A DNA stretch of 64,000 nt from a virus. Lineage: Duplodnaviria; Caudoviricetes. Location: positions 15,023 to 79,022 of the IMG/VR virus record IMGVR_UViG_2654587921_000002. One strand, written 5' to 3'. The notes below the pieces were generated by a model. The model had not been told where the DNA came from and searched no databases. It saw nothing but the letters and a program-made list of their open reading frames with translations. Position numbers and translations under genes: made by a program. Positions 18,347 to 26,630 of the stretch are shown one piece after another; the first letter of the stretch is position 1; each line of letters opens with the position of its first letter.

Positions 18347-18590
18347 AGATTTTAATTAACTTTGATGAAAATTTTATTAAAAACATGGCAAGCGATAATA
18401 GACAAAGTAGACCGCTGAACCAACGGTCTACTTTGATTACACCTTGTGTATAGGGTTGCCTTGAAAACACCAAAGATGTAATCATTAATGTTTTCGAACT
18501 AGCAGTAAATAATAGTTTCAATACATCCAATGTATGATATAATATTACTATTAAATGTAAATTTTGTCAATCAATAAAGGAGTGTTTTTT

Positions 18591-18851
18591 ATGCACGATA
18601 ATATTACATATTCAACTTGTGCGATATGTGGAATAAAGTTAAAATGGAAATACTGCCGCGCCTGTAAAGATCACCAGACCGAATATCACCGTTTGCAGCA
18701 GAAAAAGCGATATGATTACCGCAAGGCAAACGGCCTATGCGTAAGGTGTGGTGCTCCCGCCGCTCCTGATAATGTTCGCTGTGAAAAACACATCGAGCAA
18801 AATAAAAAGAGCGGCGTTGAATATTACGCCGCAAAAACTGCCGTCAAATAG
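18591..18851 (+). CDS. Small CxxC zinc-finger-like basic protein
   Basis: CAIC, CRAC, CVRC and C..H motifs; AAGGAG RBS. Confidence 0.7.
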   Translation: MHDNITYSTCAICGIKLKWKYCRACKDHQTEYHRLQQKKRYDYRKANGLCVRCGAPAAPDNVRCEKHIEQNKKSGVEYYAAKTAVK

Positions 18852-19143
18852 GCGGTTTTTTTGTATGTAATCCGCCCCTGAGAATGCGGCTAGTAGCGCA
18901 TCCCATTAAAGTAGCAATCCCATCACGCCATGACTCGTTAGGAAACAGGGCTTCGATGGACCGGCAAAATTCTTCTGGTCCGAATGGCATATACTCAGTG
19001 TGATATCTGATAATAACTTCTTTTATATTTTCGTCACTACCGCCTGCACGCCGGAAAGCCGCAATAAGGCGGTCAATCTGTTCACCGCTAAACCGTCCGC
19101 ATTGTGGATTGATTTCTAACGCCAAATCAGATATGCCTTGCAT
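18844..19143 (-). CDS. Hypothetical protein
   Basis: GGAGG RBS; ORF track. Confidence 0.6.
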   Translation of the reverse strand: MQGISDLALEINPQCGRFSGEQIDRLIAAFRRAGGSDENIKEVIIRYHTEYMPFGPEEFCRSIEALFPNESWRDGIATLMGCATSRILRGGLHTKKPPI

Positions 19144-19167
19144 GTTGTTATCCCTCCTTCTCCCCGG

Positions 19168-19458
19168 CTACTGCTGGGGTTCTTTCTTTTTCCAAACTAA
19201 TTCATAGTCCAACGCGGCCGCGATACGTCTAAGCTTCCAATGCGGCAAAATCCCTTGCTTTAGTTGTCTGGTTACTGTTTGCGGGGTATCATTAGTACCA
19301 AACATTTCATTTATTCGTCTTACGGCATCAGAAACATTCGAACCGGCTCCTGCCAGTTCTTTTTTTATTTCTCGCTCAATTTCCTGCGCTTCATACTCTG
19401 GTACTGCATCCATTTTAGGCATTTGCATCCCTCCTGGCATTAGTGTATCAAACATCAT
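19168..19458 (-). CDS. HTH-like regulator (LLM/ribonuclease-adjacent type not assigned)
   Basis: NVSDAVRRINEMFG...TPQTVTRQLKQG...LRRIAAALDYELVW; divergent from promoter copy 2. Confidence 0.65.
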   Translation of the reverse strand: MMFDTLMPGGMQMPKMDAVPEYEAQEIEREIKKELAGAGSNVSDAVRRINEMFGTNDTPQTVTRQLKQGILPHWKLRRIAAALDYELVWKKKEPQQ

Positions 19459-19497
19459 TAACTTTGTAAATATTTTTATTAAAGTTATTTAAATTTG

Positions 19498-19564
19498 TAT
19501 TGACTTTATTATTAACTTCGATTATAATTTAATTAAAGATAAACAAACGGAGGCGGTAAGGATG
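19498..19564 (+). promoter_or_regulatory. Twin promoter copy 2
   Basis: Identical 67 bp in inverted orientation to 18280-18346. Confidence 0.92.
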
Positions 19565-19762
19565 ACAAAGGTAGAACAACAATCCAAAGAATGTCAGGCT
19601 TTCAACCTTGGATTAATAGCATTCGGCAATGGCAAGAAAGCAATTCCCGCGCTGGATAAAGACCTGTTAGGACTGCTTCAGGGCAATAAGGTTGGCGAAG
19701 GGCTTCCAATTATCAAAAGCTGGATAGCCGGATACAACAGCGCAAATATTCTTGCAAACTAA
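19562..19762 (+). CDS. Small hypothetical protein (66 aa)
   Basis: Starts at the ATG inside the twin promoter unit. Confidence 0.75.
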   Translation: MTKVEQQSKECQAFNLGLIAFGNGKKAIPALDKDLLGLLQGNKVGEGLPIIKSWIAGYNSANILAN

Positions 19763-19793
19763 GCGGCCAGCACGCGCGTGGGAGGTAATAAGA

Positions 19794-19982
19794 ATGGATA
19801 TAGGTCAAAAGTTTTACATGTCTAGTAAGATAACTCCAAATCCCCGACTGTTTCAGTATCTTGGACAAGACAGCGACTTGTTTGACCAGTTTTGCAATCA
19901 TATAGTTCAGGAAGTATCAACTGGCGAAATAAGCCACGTTGAATTAGAGTGGTTTAATCAAAGACAAATTAACCCGGCTTAG
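19794..19982 (+). CDS. Small hypothetical protein (62 aa)
   Basis: GGGAGG RBS, MDIGQKFY... Confidence 0.7.
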   Translation: MDIGQKFYMSSKITPNPRLFQYLGQDSDLFDQFCNHIVQEVSTGEISHVELEWFNQRQINPA

Positions 19983-20011
19983 CCGGGGTCATGCGGAAAG
20001 GAGTGAATAAA

Positions 20012-20134
20012 TTGGAACTTTATTTATTAGACGGTGAATGGGTTGACAGAGAAACATTTATAAGAATTTGCGAATGCACCCCAGAGGAAGCCAGACAAAT
20101 GCAATTAGATTGGGAAGAAGAGTGCCAGGGCTAA
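20012..20134 (+). CDS. Acidic 40-aa peptide MELYLLDGEWVDRETFIRICECTPEEARQMQLDWEEECQG
   Basis: AAAGGAG RBS, TTG start; absent from the ORF track. Confidence 0.65.
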   Translation: MELYLLDGEWVDRETFIRICECTPEEARQMQLDWEEECQG

Positions 20135-20154
20135 CGCCCGGAAAGGAGTACAAT

Positions 20155-20292
20155 ATGGTAATCGTTTTTAGCGACGGCAGCATGGCCAATATGGCAGCAG
20201 ATTATCGGCTTGAATCCGAGGAAAGACCGGCAACGCCGGAAGAATCTAAAATCTACTGGCAATGGCTCGATGCTATCCCCTACCCCGCCTGA
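20155..20292 (+). CDS. Small acidic protein (45 aa)
   Basis: AAAGGAG RBS; stop codon overlaps the hammerhead core. Confidence 0.65.
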   Translation: MVIVFSDGSMANMAADYRLESEERPATPEESKIYWQWLDAIPYPA

Positions 20293-20338
20293 TGATGGCC
20301 TTTGGTACAGGCCAAAACTCCCTCCGGGGAGTCGCGGG
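20284..20338 (+). ncRNA. Type I hammerhead-fold RNA with variant core
   Basis: Stem I CCCGC/GCGGG, CUGAUGA, extra U, stem II GGCCU/AGGCC, AAAA in place of GAAA, stem III CUCCC-UCCG-GGGAG, GUC triplet. Confidence 0.75.
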
Positions 20339-20367
20339 AACCTAATAGAAAGGAGTGAATAAATATT

Positions 20368-20562
20368 ATGCTTAAAGTAACGATTACCCTTAGTAACGAT
20401 GACGCCGAACTACTGCAAAAGGCTGCCGACAATATGACGGCATGGAATGCACGTCGAGGCAGGAATACCATTTGGACAATTGAGGATTACCTGCGTATTG
20501 GGGCCTTGCAGCAAGCCAGGGAAGACCTGGAACGACATGCAGCCGATTTGACCGCCGAATAG
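20368..20562 (+). CDS. Small protein, possibly ribbon-helix-helix-like
   Basis: KVTITLSNDDAELLQKAA...; AAAGGAG RBS; terminator at about 20587-20625. Confidence 0.65.
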   Translation: MLKVTITLSNDDAELLQKAADNMTAWNARRGRNTIWTIEDYLRIGALQQAREDLERHAADLTAE

Positions 20563-20719
20563 GCGGTATTTTTCTGCCCAAAAATAAAAAGCCCACCCCC
20601 GGCCATTGGCTGAGAGTGGGCTTTAAACGAACCTGGAGGGTGCGGCTAAATATAAAAAATAACCCCTTTATGGAATAACAACAGCTACTCCCAAAGTGGT
20701 TATTTTAAAAATATTGACA

Positions 20720-20929
20720 TTATACACAACTTGCTGTTGGTTGATAATTTCCTTCCTCACTTTCTCTAAAACTAATCACATTATCATCATGATTTAAACG
20801 CGAAATTAAGTCTGGCCTAATTTCAATACCTACAGTATTGATGAATTTAGAAACGTAAATGATGTCGCAATACTCTTCTAATCTGCTAACCAATTTCCTG
20901 TCCTTCAACTTTACAATTAACCTTTTCAT
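20720..20929 (-). CDS. Stand-alone subtilase prodomain (I9-like) paralogue
   Basis: Aligns by eye with the N-terminus of the upstream protease: IV.L.DR, I.Y.SK[FY]...GI, EG.[YF][QE]. Confidence 0.65.
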   Translation of the reverse strand: MKRLIVKLKDRKLVSRLEEYCDIIYVSKFINTVGIEIRPDLISRLNHDDNVISFRESEEGNYQPTASCV

Positions 20930-21914
20930 CTTTCACCACCCCAACAAGTTTATCTATATTTAAGGCGCCATTGCCTTGGTAATATCGAGGATACCCTGTG
21001 TCGTCTGCTGTACTATATATATATTGCACTGTATCATTAATATGCCTGTCAGACGTCCGAATTGCTCCAATCACTCCAGCAACTATTGGAGCAGCCAATG
21101 ATGTTCCAGTAATCAGGCTGCCATTAGCAACGCAATATCCCGGTGCCACAATATCGGGCTTAGAGCCATTAACGCTATCTATACAAGAAAACTCAGCCAC
21201 TCTCTTGAATTGGTCAATTGCTCCAACAGTAATGCTTTTTGTGGCAATACCAGGACATTGAATATTATATGTAACAGAATTTCTATTGCCTGCGGCAACT
21301 ACGATTGCTATTCCAAAGTCACTAGCCACATTAATTAATTGACATAAATCACATTCGCTTTTACATCGAGGATCACGATATATAGATGAAGATATATTAA
21401 CTACATTAACTTCATTTTCTATAGCCCATTCAATACCCTTCATCATATTAATTTCGTCAGGACGATCTTTCCCAATCTTAACTGAATATAACAATGACCC
21501 TTTTGCAAAGTTCTTAATGATTTTTGCGACAACTGTTCCGTGTCCTTTAGTATCAATTATACCTGTACCAGTTAAATCGATGTGATCAGCAATACTTTTA
21601 TTTATATCGTTTGCTCCAGAATCTAAAAATGCTATTTTAGACCCCCATCCAATTAGATTGTTGTTCGTTAACAGTTTTTCAGATATCGTAGGTTGGAAGG
21701 TTATTGAAGATGTTGTTAAGTTTTCAAATACTCCTTCATAAGGTACCCTAATCTCTCGGATAAAATCATAATTATCGCCATCCCAAGGGGTATCCGTTTT
21801 TATTCCAATAACTGGCACATACTTCGATTCATATGTTATTAAAGCACCGATTTTATCAAGAGCCTTGCGGCAAGATTTTGTTAACCTGTCATGCAAGCTA
21901 ACTATGTAATCCAA
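20886..21914 (-). CDS. S8 subtilisin-like serine protease, cytoplasmic
   Basis: FLDSG (Asp), GHGT (His), AAGN, GTSLAAP (Ser); no signal peptide; GGAGG RBS favours TTG 21914. Confidence 0.92.
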   Translation of the reverse strand: MDYIVSLHDRLTKSCRKALDKIGALITYESKYVPVIGIKTDTPWDGDNYDFIREIRVPYEGVFENLTTSSITFQPTISEKLLTNNNLIGWGSKIAFLDSGANDINKSIADHIDLTGTGIIDTKGHGTVVAKIIKNFAKGSLLYSVKIGKDRPDEINMMKGIEWAIENEVNVVNISSSIYRDPRCKSECDLCQLINVASDFGIAIVVAAGNRNSVTYNIQCPGIATKSITVGAIDQFKRVAEFSCIDSVNGSKPDIVAPGYCVANGSLITGTSLAAPIVAGVIGAIRTSDRHINDTVQYIYSTADDTGYPRYYQGNGALNIDKLVGVVKDEKVNCKVEGQEIG

Positions 21915-22243
21915 TGTCAGGACCTCCATAATGGACAGCCTTTACATATTTATAAGGCGATCAATAGCATGTCCAGCCGTTTTTGACTTGTCAAAATGTT
22001 TTTGCCAAGTCAAATTCTACACTGGCACTGGAAATTCCTGCATGTTTTTAAATATAATTAACATTTTCTTGTCTATTTATACTTTATATCGTTAAAAATC
22101 TCAGAAAAATAATAATAAAGATAATTGCTGCTACTTATTTCCAAAACAAAAAAAGCCGCCCAGGTCTCCCCGGACGGCAATAAAATGTCCCACCCTGGTC
22201 CGCATAGCTTAGAGGCGTGGTGGGCTCTGTTGGTTATATTATA

Positions 22244-22672
22244 TCATTTCCGCAAAGCAAAATACAGCGCGGCCCCGGCAAATAAATTCCGCTGCCAAGT
22301 GAGCCTATTCCGTTCCGACTTGACCTCTTGCTCGTATGCCTGCAAGGATTCGTTGGCCTTCTGCAATAAGCCCTGCGCTGTCAATAAGTTTTCCTTGGCT
22401 ACTGTCGATTCGGCTTTCAGCACCAGCAATTGATTCTGCAACGCCGCCAAGTCCGCCTGATATTCTTCCAGCTTCAGCCGCGCTTGCGTCAAGTCCGTTT
22501 TCGATTGCTCCAAGTCGCTCAGCAGCCGCCCGTTGTTCTCGCTGAGCTGCTGAAATATCTGCTCCAACCTGGTCAACTCCTGATCTGTCATGCTGTACTG
22601 AGCCGAACAGGTACCAGGCAGCGAGGCCAGCAAGCAGGCAACCAGTACCGATAGCAATAGTCTTTTTATCAC
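22244..22672 (-). CDS. Exported coiled-coil lysis protein with C-terminal hydrophobic tail (spanin candidate)
   Basis: Signal peptide MIKRLLLSVLVAC..., long heptad region, LFAGAALYFALRK end; AAGGAG RBS. Confidence 0.7.
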   Translation of the reverse strand: MIKRLLLSVLVACLLASLPGTCSAQYSMTDQELTRLEQIFQQLSENNGRLLSDLEQSKTDLTQARLKLEEYQADLAALQNQLLVLKAESTVAKENLLTAQGLLQKANESLQAYEQEVKSERNRLTWQRNLFAGAALYFALRK

Positions 22673-22709
22673 TGAGAATCATCTCCTTTATCTTGGTTAA
22701 ACTAAACAT
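22305..22709 (-). CDS. N-terminal TM plus coiled-coil lysis protein (i-spanin candidate)
   Basis: GAGGAG RBS, TM IAIGTGCLLAGLAAWYLF, Ala/Gly-rich helical periplasmic part. Confidence 0.6.
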   Translation of the reverse strand: MFSLTKIKEMILSDKKTIAIGTGCLLAGLAAWYLFGSVQHDRSGVDQVGADISAAQREQRAAAERLGAIENGLDASAAEAGRISGGLGGVAESIAGAESRIDSSQGKLIDSAGLIAEGQRILAGIRARGQVGTE

Positions 22710-22755
22710 GTATCCCACTCCTCTCCCAATAAGCGCCGCCTCCACGGCGCTATTT

Positions 22756-23334
22756 TTATTGACTAAGATAATCAGTTACGCCACGGGCTATGGCTCTTGC
22801 CATCCTATCCCGCCAGGTCGGATTTGCCAGCAGTGCGGCTTCTTCCGGATTGCTGATAAAAGCCATTTCGACAAGCACTGCCGGCGCATTAGTGTACCTA
22901 AGCACATAAAAATTTTCCTCTTTATCAACGTCACCGTCAGACCAGTCGGCACGAATTGGCAAGTCCGGAAATGTGACTGCCACCTGATTAGTAATGCAAG
23001 TTGCAAGCCGATCAGCGCCAGTGTTGCCTTTAGTTGTGTAGATTTCAAAACCTTTGGCCGCCGGATTAGTCGCAGAATTACAATGCAAACTGACAAATAA
23101 ATCGGCTCCCCAGGCATTTGCAACATCACAGCGGAATTGCAGGCTATCGGTTTCCGGCTGTTCCCTCTCGGTTCTGGTCATTCGGACCAGGCACCCTGCC
23201 GCATCTAAATAGTGCGTTACTAATTTGGATACCGCTAAATTTACATCCGCTTCCTGCAAACCGGTTATGGGGTTGCATGCCCCTGGGTCAGTTCTCCCGC
23301 CGGCGTGGCCGGGGTCAATTACGCTTTTAGCCAT
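22756..23334 (-). CDS. Endolysin, N-acetylmuramoyl-L-alanine amidase (Amidase_3)
   Basis: DPGH, E, FVSLHCN, VLVEMAFISN. Confidence 0.95.
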   Translation of the reverse strand: MAKSVIDPGHAGGRTDPGACNPITGLQEADVNLAVSKLVTHYLDAAGCLVRMTRTEREQPETDSLQFRCDVANAWGADLFVSLHCNSATNPAAKGFEIYTTKGNTGADRLATCITNQVAVTFPDLPIRADWSDGDVDKEENFYVLRYTNAPAVLVEMAFISNPEEAALLANPTWRDRMARAIARGVTDYLSQ

Positions 23335-23780
23335 TACAGTTTTACCCCCTTTTCCTCTCTAATCTGGATCAGTTTATTCCGCAAAAAAACGGGTATGTAG
23401 TGACCATATCCCAGCCGGTCTATGTTTTCCAACAGACTTGTTACCTCAACTATCGCAAAACCGAACAACGCCATGGAGCGCAGTGTATTTGTCCCCATAG
23501 CCACGTCTGCCCAATATGCTACAGCAACAGCGGCAAACATGGCTATCTTTTTTTGCATACCCTTATAGCCCTTACGCGAGCTAATTTCGTCCCGCCTGCT
23601 GGCCGCCGCCCATCCGGTTATATAGTCGGCTAGGGCAAAACCAAGCAATGCCCATACTTGATTATCAACGCCGCCGATAGCAAAGGAAAAGCAGGCTCCT
23701 AAAACAGAGCCCGCCGCTAGGATTTTTATCTCGCTGATCGTGTAAAAGGTTTTGAGCCAAATAAATACATCGTTAATCAA
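23334..23780 (-). CDS. Phage holin (holin_4_1 type)
   Basis: DYITGW...SS..GYKG..KK, E..SLLEN motifs. Confidence 0.9.
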   Translation of the reverse strand: MINDVFIWLKTFYTISEIKILAAGSVLGACFSFAIGGVDNQVWALLGFALADYITGWAAASRRDEISSRKGYKGMQKKIAMFAAVAVAYWADVAMGTNTLRSMALFGFAIVEVTSLLENIDRLGYGHYIPVFLRNKLIQIREEKGVKL

Positions 23781-23817
23781 ATTCCCCACCCCCAACAAAA
23801 ATAGAGCCTTTCGGCTC

Positions 23818-23940
23818 TTACTCTGCAATCAGTCTCTCTGCCACCGCTTCCCTGTACTCTTCCGGCACATCTGTTTCAAGTGCCATTCGTCCAGCCTTGA
23901 CTAAATAGGTGTAGGCCGTGATTTTCCAAGAAATCAACAT
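23818..23940 (-). CDS. CD1375-like small protein (40 aa)
   Basis: AYTYLVKAGR...VPEEYREAVAERL. Confidence 0.7.
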   Translation of the reverse strand: MLISWKITAYTYLVKAGRMALETDVPEEYREAVAERLIAE

Positions 23941-23941
23941 A

Positions 23942-24199
23942 TTACTTTCCCTCCAATACTTCAATTTTTGCAGACAATGCAAGGATTGCTTCCCACATGT
24001 CTGCCGTGTCCTGGTCTACAGGCGGAGTTACTGGTGCACCAGCTTCTGCCTGCATCTCTGTCCAAGCCGCTTCTATTTCCGCTAGTGTTGGCAGAGTCTG
24101 CTTTGTATCTTCCCAGGTATTTTTTAAATTCTCGTATGTGTCTGACATGCGCCAAGCAGCACCAGGACGTATTCTATCCAGAACTAATGCAATATCCAT
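23942..24199 (-). CDS. XkdW-like tail fibre-associated protein
   Basis: LDRIRPGA.W...W...PTLAEIEAAW. Confidence 0.7.
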   Translation of the reverse strand: MDIALVLDRIRPGAAWRMSDTYENLKNTWEDTKQTLPTLAEIEAAWTEMQAEAGAPVTPPVDQDTADMWEAILALSAKIEVLEGK

Positions 24200-24211
24200 T
24201 TAATTCACCCC

Positions 24212-26002
24212 TTACCCTATTTTTAGTAATTCTAGCATAGCGTAGGTTTCAACCTCGCCGCTAGACATTGCGCTGCCAAAACCATACGTGGCGAATGTCG
24301 ATTGACTATAATGCTGTAGTTCTAAAACCGTAGTAACAGCTACTGTAAACACGTCGCCCAATATTGAATTAGTCTGAACCCAGTCCCCTGTGTCTGGGGC
24401 GGCTGCTTGTTCCGTACTCCCTACAGATAAAGTCGTCGCCGCTGTAATGTTCCGTAATCGTATTTTATGCCCATCAACATTATTCCCAGGCGCTGAAGCT
24501 TTTACGGCGTATGTGCCTGCAGGGATAGTTAACTGGTTACCTGACAACGACACCCCGCTTATGTTCCCGTAAGTTTTTAACTGATTCAATTCCCGTGTTC
24601 TCCAGGCTCCAGATGTAAATGTACCGCCGCTTGTCCCACTTGCTTTTTGATCGCAGGCTTTAACATAACCAAGAGTTGTTTGCTTACCCGCTACCTCGTT
24701 AGCAAGCGCTGTTATATCAATTAAACCCTGATTTGTTTCCGCATCAAAGGCTTTAACACAATACAGCATTTTTATGGTTCTCGGTCGAACACTACTGAAA
24801 TACCCAGTAAACGCGCTAGAAGCCTGCGTCGTCGGTACCTGATATTGTGTTAGGGTCTGCGCTATTTTTCCGTCGTTATTAGGTAACTCACCAATTGCGA
24901 GCCGCGTAGGGTTAGAGAGATTTCCTACCCAATCCGGTACTTGTGTAGGTTCTTGCCATGTACCTGCTTCTGCCGCCAAGCCGCCGCGTCCGTAGTCTAG
25001 TAATCGTGGAAGTCTAAAAGTGGTACTTCCATCCCCGCTACTATACGCGCCTACAGACGACTGCACCGCCGCCTGTGCCTGCCATTCAGCCTCGGTAATT
25101 AGCGGCGCGTTTTCCTGTACCCATGCCCATAATTGCGGGTATGTGGCGCGGCTGATCATTGCGCCGGTGTCCAGGGCAAGCCAGCCTGGTGGCGGAGTGT
25201 TGGACAGACAGGCTTTGATACTGCCAATGGATTCGCCGCTGCCACTCTTAATGTCCCTTACCCGCCACCTGACTGTGCCGTCTGTTACTTCCTCTCCCAC
25301 GGCAGGCCATACAGGCTCTGTCGCTGCTGTTGTACCGTCTTGGATGCACTCTAGGTAGGCGTAACTGGGGAGGGTAGGCGAATATTTTACATCACCGACA
25401 ACATAGCTTGTGCTGTTCTTTCGTAGATGCAATAAGTCGGCGTGTGCTGATGTGCTGGTATTATGCTTGGTAATTGCAGGCTCGTGGGCGTCAGGGTCGT
25501 TATCGTGGACGTTTACGGCATTCTGCATGACCGCCACCGTTACCAGCCCGTCCATAGCAATGCTAGCTGTTATATTCGCGGTATTCGAAAACGCCAGGTT
25601 TATTACAAGTTCCTCCGACACCGCCACCGGCCCGCCTTCTGGTGGCAAAAAATCCGGACTGCCATCTGCCGTATAGGCGTACAATATTTCTCCCACATCC
25701 GGGTCCTGTGCAAAAACACCCAACTCCCGAACATAAAACCCATCTTCGATTCCTGCGTTGGTCGCTATCCCATGGATTTTGCAGGTACCATTTGCCAGAG
25801 GTGTCAGTGCCGATATATCAATAATTTTTATCGGATGTACTAAATCGCTGAGCGCTGCAACTGTCTGGCCAGTACCCAATACACCGTCACCAATTTTTAA
25901 TTTTGTGATATTCATGACAGTGCCGGCTTCCACCTTGGCCTGTAGCGCCAGGCCTTTGGCTGTCAATACTGTTCCGCTCCAATTAGGCATGCTGTATTTC
26001 AA
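24212..26002 (-). CDS. Tail fibre protein
   Basis: P2 gpH-type N-terminus (LTAKGLAL...RELGVFA), CBM5/12-like repeat, collar domain (PPGWL...FRLP). Confidence 0.9.
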   Translation of the reverse strand: MKYSMPNWSGTVLTAKGLALQAKVEAGTVMNITKLKIGDGVLGTGQTVAALSDLVHPIKIIDISALTPLANGTCKIHGIATNAGIEDGFYVRELGVFAQDPDVGEILYAYTADGSPDFLPPEGGPVAVSEELVINLAFSNTANITASIAMDGLVTVAVMQNAVNVHDNDPDAHEPAITKHNTSTSAHADLLHLRKNSTSYVVGDVKYSPTLPSYAYLECIQDGTTAATEPVWPAVGEEVTDGTVRWRVRDIKSGSGESIGSIKACLSNTPPPGWLALDTGAMISRATYPQLWAWVQENAPLITEAEWQAQAAVQSSVGAYSSGDGSTTFRLPRLLDYGRGGLAAEAGTWQEPTQVPDWVGNLSNPTRLAIGELPNNDGKIAQTLTQYQVPTTQASSAFTGYFSSVRPRTIKMLYCVKAFDAETNQGLIDITALANEVAGKQTTLGYVKACDQKASGTSGGTFTSGAWRTRELNQLKTYGNISGVSLSGNQLTIPAGTYAVKASAPGNNVDGHKIRLRNITAATTLSVGSTEQAAAPDTGDWVQTNSILGDVFTVAVTTVLELQHYSQSTFATYGFGSAMSSGEVETYAMLELLKIG

Positions 26003-26630
26003 CTCCTTTGAACTGATATGTTACCCCGCCGGCATACGCCCTGCCAGCGATACTCGCTCCCCGGAACGTAGCTGGCATAATCTCAACCCTGCGGCAGCTG
26101 CCAACAGCACCACCAGCATAAACCGTGCCCGACGTTTCTCTGTACAGCGCCACGCCTTCAAGCCAGCTCCGCGTATTCTTCACAGTATCAATGGCTTTTT
26201 TCAGCCTGGCATATATGGCAGCATCCGGCATCTGTCCGTCAATTTTTATAACCCTAAAAAAATACGGCTCTCCGCCGTATTCAAACCATTCCTGGACAAT
26301 GCCCTCATTCAGGATGGCTTTAACTACTTGCTCTACTGCCCAGGGCGTCCCTTTTCGGCGATGTTGCGCGATCGACGTTTTTACTAACGTCCGTTTCTGC
26401 GCTAAGCTAATTCCTGGTTCGTAAAAATCCACATGCCATTGCCAGGCAAGCAGGTCAATCACGTCCTCGGCCAGTTCGTCAATGCGAGATATTAGCAGCA
26501 CCGTTGGAATGGCTGCCGTAACCGCCTGTAATTCACCCTCCAGGGCCGCGGCTGCCGCCTGCACTTCGGGATCATCCTTAATGCTCGGAGGTACCAGGTC
26601 AATTAACCTAATCGCGGACATATCAACCAT
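25983..26630 (-). CDS. Tail protein I (P2 gpI-like)
   Basis: IDLLAWQWHVDFY, HRRKGTPWAVE. Confidence 0.9.
   Translation of the reverse strand: MVDMSAIRLIDLVPPSIKDDPEVQAAAAALEGELQAVTAAIPTVLLISRIDELAEDVIDLLAWQWHVDFYEPGISLAQKRTLVKTSIAQHRRKGTPWAVEQVVKAILNEGIVQEWFEYGGEPYFFRVIKIDGQMPDAAIYARLKKAIDTVKNTRSWLEGVALYRETSGTVYAGGAVGSCRRVEIMPATFRGASIAGRAYAGGVTYQFKGVEIQHA

Noticed and set aside
18312-18530. 72-aa hydrophobic ORF as a type I toxin
   Set aside because: No RBS before the TTG, and it runs through the hairpin and promoter copy 1; treated as a possible sRNA region instead.
19740-19790. Pistol ribozyme (CTAAGCG...GGT resemblance)
   Set aside because: The 5' P1/pseudoknot and UUAAAUAG elements are not visible upstream.
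24212-26002. DGR target or invertible tail-fibre cassette
   Set aside because: No reverse transcriptase, template repeat, invertase or second fibre tip seen in the window.
25758-26387. 209-aa plus-strand ORF, and similar antisense ORFs such as 41141..41707 and 61007..61525
   Set aside because: Shadows of well-supported minus-strand phage genes, with no RBS or motifs.
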